A stretch of 62,000 nucleotides of DNA from Vicugna vicugna (taxonomy: Eukaryota), in assembly GCA_013265495.1 (NCBI GenBank), contig MU058423.1:1749061-1811060 (forward strand), written 5' to 3'. The position numbers were made by a program, and so were the translations under genes. The notes beneath the pieces are model-generated. The model worked only from the letters and a program-made list of their open reading frames with translations, did not search any database and had not been told where the DNA came from. Below, piece after piece: positions 1-12,211 of this stretch; position 1 is the stretch's first letter; each line of letters starts with the position of its first letter.

Positions 1-114
1 TGATGGACAGTACCTCCATTTCTGTTGTGTCAGAGGCATGGGTGGCCTTGTTAATATAATTTTCTGGTTTATTAAGACATTCAATTTCAATAACAAAAAT
101 GCACTTCCCAAATA

Positions 115-268
115 AGTTGTTCTAAAACCCTTGGGATTGCCTGGGGATCTTTTAAAATCCCTGATGTCAGACTCTCATCCCAGACATTCTGATTTAATCG
201 ACCTGAAATGTGACCTGGATACCAGGAATTTTAAGAGTTCCCCCAGGAGGCCAAGTTTGAGAGCCACT
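115..268. mobile_element. MER5A/MER5A1-like hAT-Charlie MITE, decayed
   Basis: Contains gattgcctggggatcttttaaaatccctgatg, cccagacattctgatttaatcg and terminal gccaagtttgagagccact, matching my recollection of the MER5A1 consensus (ends TTGAGAACCACTG). Confidence 0.7.
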
Positions 269-1884
269 CTTGAAGATCCTCAAGGATCTGGCCTGGGAAA
301 TGCAAGCCTGAGGAGAGCATGGGAGTCCTGTAGCCAGGGATGTGCTCCTGATTCTGAAAGACAAGACTAGCATGCCCAGAACAATGGGCTCTGCTGAGCT
401 CTAAGTCAGTCAGCAGCCTGTGAGGTTGTGTCCACTCACTCAGCAGTCTTCTATCACCACTGTAGCATTTGTGCCTACATCGAGCCCGTGTCAGTCCATC
501 TCTGCCCTCAAGGATCTGGTTGGGGGAGATGGGTCTAAAATGTTCAAGAGACTCTTGTGTGATTGGAGGTAAAATGTGGGAAGTCTGGGGTACCACAAGG
601 GCACCGCAGTGGGGCATCTCATCTGGCTTCCTGCATCCTTTCAAGTCATCTCTCTTGTCCAATCCTCTATAAAGAAAACTCAACCAACTTAAGTCTGTGG
701 GGCACACATTACATGCTAGGCACCAGGTGCCAAGCATGGATACCCCCTAAGACAGTATGGATGTGAATAAATGAGTCCCTACTCTCAAGGAGCTCACAGA
801 CTGGGATGAATGGAGCCATTCCCTCCCATCCTTCTCATACAAAATAGCGGGGGGTGAATCCTGTCACTGAGTAGAAACCAGAGCTGTAAGAAATTGGAGG
901 AAGGTCAGGTCAGCTCTGATACCCAGGAGGATTCTTCACAGCAGACCTTAAAGGATGGTTGGGAGTTCAGATGGGGAACATGGAAGAAGGGGAGAACATT
1001 TCACTTCTCCCCTATTTTGCTATACTCTTTCCCATTTCTCCTTCTTCTGTAAAGTCCATGGATCAACACTGAGAAGCCAGCTCCCAATTAGGACAAGCCC
1101 GGTGTGGAGGACAGAGCGGGGGATTGCTTCTTGGCTTTTGTGTGACCCGTGCCCACTACTGCTCCCAGCTGCACACTGCCTTTCCCCACATCAGGGCACA
1201 TGTGCAGCCTGTGATCAGTTGAAAACCCCTTCAACCATCACCATCATCTCCAAATGACAAGGCTTCATTGGTTAAAGCACTTGGGAATTAGCAGTGACTT
1301 TTTCATCTCATTTCAATCATCCACTCATATTGACTTCAAGAAAAGGGGAAACTCAACATTGCCCAAGAGCGGTCCCTCTGAATATAAACATCTGCCTCAA
1401 CATTTGCTCTGCTTTCAATACCCTCTTTTTCCATTCCTGTACTTGCTAGTTCACTTCCTGTCCACCTCATAGGAGTTTCTGCCTCTCTCATTTCCTCCCC
1501 AACCCAAGTCTGGCACTGACATTTTCTATAATTAGTTCTAGAATGTCTCCAATTTTATTTTAGTTTTCTTCTCTCACCTTTTGTCTTTTCTTTCCCTGCA
1601 CTCTTTCTTCAGATTTAATTAATCATTACACATTTATTGAGCATCTACTAAGTGCGGGCTTCACAGAGAAGCCCAGGAGCTAGTCCTGGTCCTGAAGTCC
1701 TTATGAGCTAATTGATGAGATAAGGACAAGCAAAAGCAGGTCAAGATAGCAGGGCATTAGCTCCCACACTCTTGCTGGTGTAAACTAGGGGCTCAGGTGG
1801 TCAGGACATCACACCTAAAAGAGGGAGATTTCAACATGGGGCAGTAGAAAGAATCTGGAACTACAGGGTGTTTGTGACTGGCCG

Positions 1885-2085
1885 TTAGCTGAACACTTAC
1901 TGTGAGCCAAGCAGTGTGCTGAGTGTTTTCTTTCCAGTGTCTCATTTCATCCTTAACAACTCCTTGAAGTAGGCGTTTTTATTATTCACATTTTACTGAT
2001 CATTAGATTAAAGCTTCTGTGAATAATGTAGATTTCTAAAATCACAGAGCCAAGAAGGAGCTGAGTGGAAATTTCGAACCAGGCC
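1885..2085 (-). mobile_element. MIR SINE fragment
   Basis: cacttactgtgagccaagcagtgtgctgagtg...ctcatttcatccttaacaactccttgaagtagg...attcacattttactga is the reverse-complement MIR core pattern. Confidence 0.65.
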
Positions 2086-3722
2086 TATGTCACCAAGTAC
2101 ATCAAGGTTTGGGTCATGGTGCTGCACGACATTTGGAGTCAGTCTCCTGTGTGTGAAATAGGAAGCGCAATTCTTCCCTCACAGGGTTCATGGGGAGATT
2201 AAAGGAGATGCAGTGAAGCACTGCCTGTGGCGTCTAGTGCAGGAGGTCCTGGAGAACCAGGGGTCGTCATCTCCATCCTCGTTACATTCTGATTATTAAA
2301 GCTTCACAGGGGAAGCAGGCAGAGGCTCATGGATACTAGTAAGTGAGAAGGGGTGGCATTCCATGCAGGGAGGTGGGAAGAACAAAGACTCAGGTCCCAG
2401 AGCGCATGGTGTTCTCAGGGACTCAGCACCAACCTGGTCTGGCTGGAGCCTGGGGCCTGGGCAGGGCTGAGGGCTGAGAGGAAGCTGGAAAACTAAGATT
2501 GCTAAGTGCAGATTTAGGAGTTTGTACCTGATCCTGTGAACAACAGGAGTGACATTTCAAAGTGGCTGTGTGTCATATACGTTTTTTTAACATTCACTAA
2601 TTGTGAGCTTCAAAAATAAGGGGTTTTTGGTTGTGGTTGTTATTGTTTTGAATCGTAATGTTTCACATAGATTTTCATTTTCTTAACGGTGTCTTTAAAG
2701 AGCAAATATTTTTGATTCTGGTAATCTGATTTATCAATTTTTTTTCTTTTGTAGGTCATGCTTTTTTGATCATATCTAAGAAATTTTCCAGTAACCCAAT
2801 GTCACAAGATCATAAAAGTTTTCTGCATTCCTTCCAGCAGTTGTGTAGTTTCAGCTCTTTCATTTAGGTCTCTAATCCATTTTTAGTTTATTTTTGTTTA
2901 TGGTATTGGAAAGGGTCTACATTCACATATTTGTATATAGCTATTCAATGCTTCCAGCTTCATGTGTTAAAAAGACTATCCTTTCTACACGGAATTGCTT
3001 TTGCATCTTTATAAAAAATGTCCATATATGTGTAAGTCAATTTCTGGACGTTCTTTTCTACTCACTGATTCTATTTGCCTGTCTTGACATCAGTACCATA
3101 CTATCTTTATTACTGAAGCTTTAAAATAAAACTTGAAATCAGGTAGTGTTAGCCTTCTAATTATGTTCTTCCTTCTGAAATTTATTTTCGTTATTCTAAG
3201 GTCCTTTGCATTTCCATATGAACCCACTTGTCAATTTCTGTCAAAAATTTTGCCAGGTTTTTAATTGGGATTGTATTCAATATATTAATTATTTGGGAAA
3301 GAACTGACATCTCAGCAATATTGATTCTTCCAACTTTGGGATGTAATATGTCCCTCTATTTAGGTCTTTATGCCAGCAATGTTTTGTGGTTTTCAGTGTG
3401 TGAGTTTTTCACATCTTTTATCAGAGTTGTCTCTATTTTATATTTTAATGCTATTGTAAATGACCTTTTAAATTTAAATTTCTGTTTCTTGCTAGTATAT
3501 GGTTAATTTTTGTTCACTGATCTTGTGACAGTGAAAAAAACCCTGACATCTAGATAAACTCACTTATAAATTCTAGTAGCTTTTTTTGTCTATTCTACTG
3601 GATTGTCTACATAGATAATCACGTCATCTGTGAATACAGATAATTTTACTTCTTCCTTTCCAATCTGGATGCTTTTTTTTTCTTTGCCTTACTTCACTGG
3701 CTATAGTCTCCAGTAGAATTTT

Positions 3723-3806
3723 TTTGAGTTTTTTACATTGAAGTATTGTCAGTTTACAATGTTGTGTCAGTTTCTAGTGTACATCATAGTGTTTCAGTCA
3801 AACACA
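3723..3806 (-). mobile_element. 5'-truncated lineage-specific L1 3' tail with 14-nt TSD
   Basis: T-rich head followed by ttgaagtattgtcagtttacaatgttgtgtcagtttctagtgtaca. Flanked by exact TCCAGTAGAATTTT at 3709-3722 and 3807-3820. Confidence 0.8.
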
Positions 3807-5458
3807 TCCAGTAGAATTTTGAACAGAAATGGTTAGAGCAGACATCCTTATCTTCTTGATGTTAGGGGGTAGGCATTCAGTTGTTCACCATCAAACATGA
3901 TGCTAGCTGAAGGTTTTTTATAGATGCATTTTACCAGGTTGAAAAACTCCCTTCTATTCCTGGTTTACTGAGATCTTATCAGGAGTGGGTATCAGATTTT
4001 TTCAAATGTGTCTGTTGAGATAAGCATATGGTTTTTCTTTGTCATTTCTCTAACGTGTTGAATTACTTTGATTTTTGGAAGTTTGAAACAAACTTGCATT
4101 ACTAGGGTAAACCCCATTTGGTCATGATGTATTATCATTTTAAAAATTATTTTGGATTGGAGTTGATACATTTGTGTTCAAGTTTTGCATTTTCATTCAT
4201 GAAGCATATTGTTCTGTAGTGTTCTTGTGATGTCTTTGGTTTTGGTATCAGGGCAATGATAGAAGTAGTCTCTTTGATTTTCTGAAAGAGTTTGTGGAGA
4301 ATTATTCCTTCCTCAACTTATTTGGTAGCATTCATCTGAGCCTGGACTTTTCTTTGTGGACAGGTTTTCAACTTCAAATTTATGTTTTTAATAAGCATAA
4401 GGGTATTTGGGAGTATTTATTCCTTCTTGTGTGAGCTTTGGTAGTTTGTGTCTCTCAAAAAATTTATCCATTCAGTCTAAGTTGTTGAATTTATTGGCAT
4501 AAGGTTGTTCACTAGATTTTCCCTTATTATTTTTTTAATGTTTGCAGAATCATCTCTCTCATTTATGGCATTGTTTATTTCTCTTTTTATTTGGTTAAAC
4601 TGACTAGATACATCAATTTTATTGATTTTTTCTCAAAGAATAGATTTTGGTTTCATTGATTTTATCTATTGTTTTCTGTTTTCTATTTTATTGATTTCCA
4701 TCCTAATCTTTATTTCCTTCCTTTTGCTTATTTTGGGTTTCATTTGCTCTCTTATTTCTAGTTTCTTAAGGTGGTAACTGGCGTTACTGATTTGAAACAT
4801 TTTCTAATATTGGGGTACAATACTATAAATTTCTCCTAAGTACTGCTTTAATGGCATTCCAAAACTTTGATGCATTCGATTTCTTCTTTTTTAATTCATA
4901 TTTTTGTATTATTTTTAAAAATCATTCTTAGTTATTTTTGCCTTCATTTTTAAAGAATATTTGAGTAGATAAAGAATTCTTTTTTACCTTTTTTTCCCCC
5001 TAACACTTTGAATATATCATTCCACTGCCTCTGGGTTTCCACTATTTCTCAGAAGTCAGCTTTTAATCATATCTTTGTTTCCCTGTGTAAGGAGCCATTT
5101 TCTCTTGCTGTTTTCAAGATTTTCTTTTCTTTCATTTTTTGGGGAGCTTTCCACCCTTTGACTAAAATGTGTCTATGTGTGGATCTCTTTGTGTTTGGGG
5201 TTTACTGAGTTTCTTGGATCTATAGTTATTTGTTCATCAAATTTATGAAGTTTTCAGCCATTTTTTCTTCAAAGTTTTTCTGCCCTTAATCTCTCTCCTT
5301 TCCTTCTGGGAGTTTTATTACACATATTTTTGCTACAGTGACTATTGTTCCAAAGATATTGTAGGCTCTGTTCATTTTTCTTTCACATTTTTTTTCTCTT
5401 TGTTCTTCACGTTGGACAATTTCTATTGATCTACGTTAAAGTTCACTAGTTCTTTTTC

Positions 5459-5576
5459 CTTTTTTTTTACATTTTTTATTGATTCATAATCATTTTACAG
5501 TGTTGTGTCAAATTCCAGTGTTCAGCACAATTTTTCAGTCATTCATGGACATATACACACTCATTGTCACATTTTT
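5459..5576 (-). mobile_element. 5'-truncated young L1 3' tail (camelid L1-type) with 17-nt TSD
   Basis: Poly-T then acattttttattgattcataatcattttacagtgttgtgtcaaattccagtgttcagcac. Flanked by exact TTCACTAGTTCTTTTTC at 5442-5458 and 5577-5593. Confidence 0.85.
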
Positions 5577-6654
5577 TTCACTAGTTCTTTTTCTTGACAT
5601 CTCAAATAAGCCTATTCAGTGAATTTTTTATTTCAATTATTGTACTTTCAATTCTAGAATTTACATGTGATTTTTTTTTACAGTTTCTATTTATTTATTC
5701 AGATTCCCTACTTGTTGAGCCATTGTCACATTTTCCTTTAAGTCTTTACACATGCCTTAATTCTTTAAACATTTATAACAGCTGCTTTGAAAACTTTTTC
5801 TGCTAAATCCAACATCTGGGCCCACCAAAGACAGTTTTTAACTTTTTTATTCCTTGAGTATGGAACACACTTTCCTATTTCTTTGTATGTCTTATAATTT
5901 GTTGAAAACTGGACATTTTTAGATAATATTTTGTAGCAACACTGGATTTTGATTGTTTTCCTCCAAGGATTTTTCCTGGGTTTTTTTCATTTAGTTTTGT
6001 TGAATAACTTACTTGGACTTAATCTACCTGTCTCTCTGCCCTGTGCTGCCATTAATGTGTCTGCTCAGTTTTTTTCTTATTCTTACCTTTTTTTAAAAGC
6101 TCATTTTTGAAGGGATCACCCCTGTGTCTACATAGCTTACTGATCAGCCAATGGTTGGTCAGAAATTGTGCTCAGGGACCTTGAGTCAGTATGGCTTCCA
6201 CCCTCTACTAATGGATCTCGGTGTGGGTTGGGAGCACATTCAAAGCTCAGGCAGGCTTTTAAGTCAGCTTTTATTTTCTACCAGATCCTCCCAGGACTTG
6301 CTTGTGCATGAGCAGAGACTTCCGGCCAGCCAGAGATGTGTGGAGAGCTTATCTGGTCTCTCTGTAGCTATCTTATTTCCAGATTTTCCTGTTAAGTTTC
6401 TGGGTACTCCACTGATCAGCTGCTCACCCCAAGCAGCATGAAATTTCAAGCAAGCAAGGCTGTGGGCTTTCCCATTTGTCTTCTACCAAATTTGCTATTT
6501 TCACTGAAAATTCTGCTGAACTTGGAATCTTTGTCCTCCTCTCCAAATCAAGACAGCCTCTGAATGAGGTCAGTGAAGCTGCTGGTTTTCATAAAGCCAG
6601 CCACACTCTGGTAGCTCTAGATTCAAATTGTTCTTACCAGAAGTTCAACAGTGC

Positions 6655-6927
6655 TTTTTTAAATTAAATTATAGTCTATTTACAATGTTGTGTTAGTTTC
6701 TGGTGTACAGCATAATAATTCAGTTATACACACATATATATATTCCTTTTCATATTCTTTTTCATTATAGGCTACTACTAGGTGTTGAATAGAGTTCCCT
6801 GTGCTGTACAGTAGGACCCTGCTGTTTATCTATTTTACATACAATAGTTTGCATCTGCAAATCCCGAACTCCCAATTTATCCCTCCCCACCCCCTTTCCC
6901 CACTGGTAAGCATAAGTTTGTTTTTCT
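6655..6927 (-). mobile_element. Artiodactyl-type L1 3'UTR fragment
   Basis: tttacaatgttgtgttagtttctggtgtacagca...gttccctgtgctgtacagtaggacc...ctcccaatttatccctcccc is the characteristic antisense L1 3' end. No clear TSD. Confidence 0.8.
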
Positions 6928-8878
6928 AAATAAATATTTCTTAATGTGTCATTTACATCTGATCAATTTTCAGAGCCAGCCCTGAAATGATTTTTTTTGA
7001 CAATTTTGTCCCATTTAATATTATTTTTGGATGCAAAGGTTTGCCAACCTCCTCCCTCTGCCACAGCGGGAAATCCTACCAGTTGTTTTAATGGAGTTAT
7101 AATAATCATGCTGTCCATGCAATTCCGTGTTTCAGAGACAGCTGTATTTTGTTGGGCTAATGCGTTATGGTACCTGGAAGAGCTATGGTTAAAATTAGCC
7201 CACTAATCCATTTTTTATGGAGACTTGTGAAAAATTAGCAAATGAACCTTTATTCCCCCAGCAAAGAACAGCATTCTCAGGAGTGCGACTTTGCAAGAAA
7301 GAACAAGTCAGATGTCAAAGCCAGTGTTCACACTCAGGAATCTCCAGAGATTGGTGTCTGAGGCGGTAATACTGAGATGCTCTGGTTATTTTAGAATTTC
7401 AAAAAGCCCAAGGAAAAGTCACACCTTTACTTATAACGAGGCTGCCCAGGCAAATCAGAATGTCAAGTGGCTTTACTTTGGGGTGAATTCTCACACTTCA
7501 GTGAGGCAGTCCACAGCCTCTCATGATGGCCAGAAGCTATGTTAGACGCTATGAACGTTCATGTTGTCAACAGTGGATAGGCACACTCATCATTGCATAA
7601 CGAAAGCAGTTTGTTTTGTAGCAAAATGATCCCACACATGGGGCACCTGGCGATGGGTGAGGAGGATATTTTAAAAGAAGCTTTCAGTGGGAATGGCCAA
7701 AAAGCAGGCGCTGTGTGGAAGATGGGAGTACCTGGGAGTGTGACCACGCCAACTTCAGATGCCTCCATGCCCTGATCCTTGTACTCACCTCCCAGCCACA
7801 TCCTCACCTCAGGACATCTGTTGGCAAAAGTAGCAGTTCACAGCCTCACTCCCTGCCCTGCCCAGTCCCACCCTCTGGCCCTCTGCCAAGTGAGGGCCCC
7901 TATTCTGAACAGCAAAGTGTTCAGCCCCTGAGAAGGGGCAGTGGGAGAGGCAAGACCGTGGGCAGCTGTGCCTGGGAAACAGAGTTTGCGTGCCATCAGG
8001 AAGACATTCCACCAAGCCCAGTGCGCCAAACCACAACATGAGGACCTGGCGTCGGGGGGTGGGGGAGGGGAGTGAGCAGTGAGTTTCCAGCATGTTGGAT
8101 GTGCCCTGGAGATGATGAGGTGACCTCTAAGGCACTGTCCGGCACTAAGCCTGCAGAGTGGACCTACCTGCACAGGACTCACCCAGAGGGGAAGAGGGAG
8201 GTTCTAGAGAAGAGACAGGGATGTGTGAGGACAGGACTGAGTCTGGATGCTAGGGATGTCAGACTTGGTGTGGGGGCTGAGAAGTCGGAAAGGAGCCTCC
8301 TGGCCCTGAGTACTCCCCAAGTTAGTGCCTAATCTCTTTCTCTCTCCCTCTCCACCCCGACCCTCATTAAATCAGATTCTGCTTTCTGGAAGCTCACACA
8401 ATCGCAGAGCACAGCTACATTTGCGATGGGAGACGTGTACATGGAACAGTGACCTTCTAGGAGGAGATCGGACCCAAGACAGCCTGCACAGGCTGGGAGC
8501 ACTGTTTCTGGAGGAGGTGGCTGCTCAAAGGGGAGTACCAGGCAGAGGGGTTTGTGTCACTTAATTAAGGCTCTAGTTTCTGGGTTCTGTATTTGAGCCG
8601 GGGGAGGAGGGGACTGTTGCCAACAACCTGATCTCAGGTGACTTGGAGGTGCTGGGGTTTGGAGCTTGACAAATGGGGGGGCACATTTTAACCCTCAAGA
8701 TCTCACCTGCCTTTTTATTTAAAAAGCTCTCCACGGGGAGTGGGGGGGGGAGCCCTCGGAACCTGGGTTAGCGGATGCGCAGGCAGCCAGGTGCTGTTTC
8801 AGAAACCCTGGCCTATGGATACCCACTTCCCATCTCTCCGGTGCTGGTACGGGGAGGGTGGCTCTAACCTCCCGCCTT

Positions 8879-8920
8879 GCCGCAGCCGCAGCCTGTGCCG
8901 CAGCCTGTGCCGCAGCGTGC
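8879..8920. repeat. Short GC-rich tandem repeat, unit GCCGCAGCCTGT (about 3 imperfect copies)
   Basis: gccgca gccgcagcctgt gccgcagcctgt gccgcagcgtgc read directly. Confidence 0.8.
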
Positions 8921-8935
8921 AGATGCCGCCGCTTA

Positions 8936-8954
8936 TGGCGCCCTCTGGTGGCCA
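8936..8954 (-). promoter_or_regulatory. CTCF binding motif (near-consensus)
   Basis: Reverse complement reads TGGCCACCAGAGGGCGCCA versus consensus TGGCCACCAGGGGGCGCTA. It lies in a small CpG-retaining patch. Confidence 0.75.
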
Positions 8955-9139
8955 AGGGCCGCGCATGCATCGGCTCCTTTCTGCAGAGCTGATTTCCACC
9001 TTCCCTGTTGTAGGTCCAGAAGGACTCCTGGGAATGGGAGCTGATTTCAAAGCCAAGACAAGAGACCCTTAGGTCAGGCTGTTATTACATGCTATTAAGT
9101 GCTTCCTATGTGCCACACACAGGGTTAGTACAGGTGTTA

Positions 9140-9830
9140 TCATTTATCCATTCACTCATTCGTTTATTCCCCCGATACGCGCTGGGCATCTCCTAGGAAG
9201 TCACATGTAAGCAGAGATGTCATAAAGAGAGGAAGTCATGAGAGTGTTTGGGAGACAACTATTCCAAGGGGTGGGGACAGCCAGTCCACAGGCCCTGCCA
9301 CAGGGATGTATTTGCTGGGTCTGAAACTGGGCAGGGAGGCAGCTGGCCCGGCCGAGTGAACATGGGAGGGCAGTTGGAATGAGGTCAGAAGGGTGTTCAG
9401 GGCACAAATGTTCAGAGCCTTCCAGACCACAGAAGGGCTATGGATTTAGTTCTATGGATGGTGAACAACCACTGGATTTGAACAAAGGCCTGACACAACC
9501 TGACTGACATCTCTGAAAAATCACTCTGGCTTCTACGTGAGCCATGGGTAGGAGTGGGGAGAACTGTTGGGAGCCCAGGTGAGAGAGGAGAGTGTTTGGT
9601 ACCTGGATGGCTTCCTGGAGGAGCTAAGACATCAGATTCAGAATATTGGAGACAATAGGGGTTGCTGAGTAGCTAGTAAAAGTCTGTCTCCAGGAACTGG
9701 AGCATGAGCAACAGGGTGAGGAGTGGTGCTGCTTCAAGACAAGGGAGAGGGTCAGGTTTGGGGGGCCAGGTGGTAAAAAAGGAGAATTCTGCTGAACATG
9801 CTAGGTTGGCGCTGCTTATGAGAAGTCTGA
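9140..9830 (-). mobile_element. L2 LINE fragment
   Basis: Starts with catttatccattcactcattc (L2 tail, antisense) and continues with purine-rich antisense L2 phrases (aaaatcactctggcttctacgtgag, gcccaggtgagagagg). Confidence 0.7.
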
Positions 9831-11419
9831 GTAAAGATGTAAGGTACATCTTTTTGTACCTGAGCGGGGCTCCTCCATCCTTTCCTTCTCTCCTTATGTT
9901 TCTTTCATAAGGCTCCTGGGTCTCTTTCTGACTGAGCTCCATGCTGCCCCCATTCTGCTTCCCAAATGAAAAGCCTACCCAGGACAGTAATTCCAAGCAG
10001 AAAGAACTGAAGGCGTCAGTGATCGTCCACGGTCATCTCTCAACTGAACGGCAAAGGCAGAGAGGAGGCTGGGATTCTGGGCTCCTCAGACTCCAGAGAA
10101 GAATTAAAAGAGGAGAAAAAATCTTTTATTACAACCTGACAGGTCACATTCCATGTGGCTGGACCCATCCTACTGTGAGGTGTGGGATCCCCTGCATCTC
10201 AGCAGGGAGCGATGAACCCTACCTTCCAGGGCGGAGTCCTGAGTCCTCCCTGTACCTCCACCCCTACAGCCACCCAGCGCCAGAGCCAGGCTCCCGTGGC
10301 ATCTTGGCGCCCATCACCCACCTTCTGCAAGTGTGTACCCACTTCAGGTCAGTGAGTGCCGAGAGGGAGGCTCCTGGCACTGCTCCCCCCCATCGTCTGC
10401 CAGCTCAGGTCTTTCGTCCTGGAAAACCCTGCTGGAAGCTCCCCTGGCTCACCCTCCCCGGGACCCACATCTGGATACTGGTCTTATCTCTATCCTACAG
10501 ACCACGCTTCCAAGCAGCTGGGCAGGAAGGACAAGACTACTTTGAATAAAACTCTAGTGAGACTTCACAAGTTTTGTTAAAAGTGTTATTTTTAGCTCTA
10601 CAGATGCCACTGATAATTTATTTCTTCCTGCCTGAAGCAGAAGTCCTGACCCTGATGTAGTACAAACATTGACCCTGAACAGAGACCCAGTGCTATGGGA
10701 CTCTGCTGTGTCCTGGGCTCGCGTGGGAGGGAGGGAGGGTGGCTGTGGGACTCAGATGGCGCGTGAAGTCCTGTCAGGGGAGGACAAGAGTGCAGATGCA
10801 GCTGTCTGGACCTTGGCTCCCGGGCCTTCCTTCTGCCCCTCTGATCATGGCTCTGCTGGCTCCTCCCCTCCCCTCCCTTCCTGTTCCCATAACGTGGGTG
10901 CTCTAGAGACTTCTGATCTCTTCTCTTCTCACTCCTTCTACACTCCCTGGGAGGATTCTCCCCTTTTGCTTCAAGCACCCCTCTGTGATGGTGACTCTGA
11001 ATTCTCCATCCCCAACCTCCCACCTCTCTCCTGAGTATCAGGCCAGCACTACCATTGGCCCAGCTGACAATGGACAGGCTTGTCACAGCAGCCCCACAAA
11101 CCCCCACATCTGCCAGAACTGCCTGCTCATCCCCCAACACACAGGCCAGATCCCACGCGCAGGCGCACACGCACACGCACACACCACCCTCTCTGCCCCT
11201 GCTTGGCCCAGGGCACTAGCACACTCCCCCACCTCTCCATCTCACTGACCCCTGAAGCCTGTTGACCTCCCGAAGTAGCTCCCTGTCAGTGCTTTCGCTT
11301 TGCTTTCATCATCCCCGCTCCATCCTTTCGTCCCCTGTCTCTCAGCAGGAGAAGCAAAACTTCTCCTTACTGGTTTCCTGCCTCTGTTCTCAGATCATCC
11401 ATTACACCACGTTTTCATT

Positions 11420-11980
11420 ACAAATTACATTTCATTCCTAAGTTATCTTCCTAAAACCCAGGTTGGACCCTGTCACACTCCGACACAAATGACATTCAAT
11501 GATTCCCTTCTGCCTCCAGGATAAAATTAATCAGACTCCTCGGCATGACCTTCGAGGTCTCTCCCAGTCTTCCCCAAGAATCCTTCCTGGCTCTCTGGGT
11601 CCTTCCATGCTGCCTGTCTCGGTATCCCTGGGACAGACGACTCCGGTTCTGTGAATGTCCCTGTGGTCCCCTGACCTGGAATCCCTCCGCTCATTTGGGC
11701 ATTTATTTCACAATTATGTGTTGAGTGCCACAGTGTTCCAGGCGCTGGGAACAAGGAAATAGAAAAATCCTCAAAATCCCTCCTCGTGGAATTTGCAATC
11801 TAGTAGTAGGGGACTAAGACGACGGGGAGTAAGCCTGCAGCAAGCTGACAGGTGGAGATAAATGCTAGGAGGAGAAATACCACATGATCAAGTGCGGAGT
11901 GACGGGTGTGAGGTAGTCTGTTCCGGGGAGCCTTTCCGCAGGGCGTGAATGGATGACCGAAGTAGGGGTGAGGTGCGCGG
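11420..11980. mobile_element. Two L2 fragments (sense about 11420-11600, antisense about 11690-11980)
   Basis: tcttcctaaaacccaggttggaccctgtcac...caggataaaattaatcagactcctcggcatgaccttcgaggtc, then tgttgagtgccacagtgttccaggcgctgggaac...ctcgtggaatttgcaatctagt. Confidence 0.6.
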
Positions 11981-12050
11981 ATTTCCTAGGCAGAAAGCCC
12001 GAATCTTTGCCTCAACACCCCTTTGGACATTCTCCTTAAAGATGCCTCTC

Positions 12051-12211
12051 GAGGGGAGGGAATAGCTCAAAGGCAGAGCACATGCTTAGCATGCACACAG
12101 TCCTGGGTTCCAGCTCCACGAGACCAGTACCTCCATTTTTTAAAAAATTAAAAATAAACAAATAAACCTAATGACCCTTCCCCACCAAAAAGAAAAAAAA
12201 AGAAAAAAATT
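12051..12211 (+). mobile_element. tRNA-Ala-derived SINE (Vic-1 type, camelid)
   Basis: ggggagggaatagctca...gcttagcatgcac...gtcctgggttcc...cagtacctcca, then AT-rich aaataaacctaatgaccc and an A-tail. Imperfect TSD ttaaagatgcctctc (12036-12050) / ttaaatgatgcctcgc (12212-12227). Confidence 0.85.

Larger units (their letters stand above)
2680..7075 (-). mobile_element. Old L1M LINE remnants (ORF2 and 5' portions, antisense), interrupted by younger L1 tails
   Basis: About 4.4 kb of T-rich sequence with typical antisense L1 phrases (ttttacttcttcctttccaatctggatg, gcagacatccttatcttcttgat, ccccatttggtcatgatgtattatc). No long ORF. It may be two fused elements joined near 4870-4950. Confidence 0.85.
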
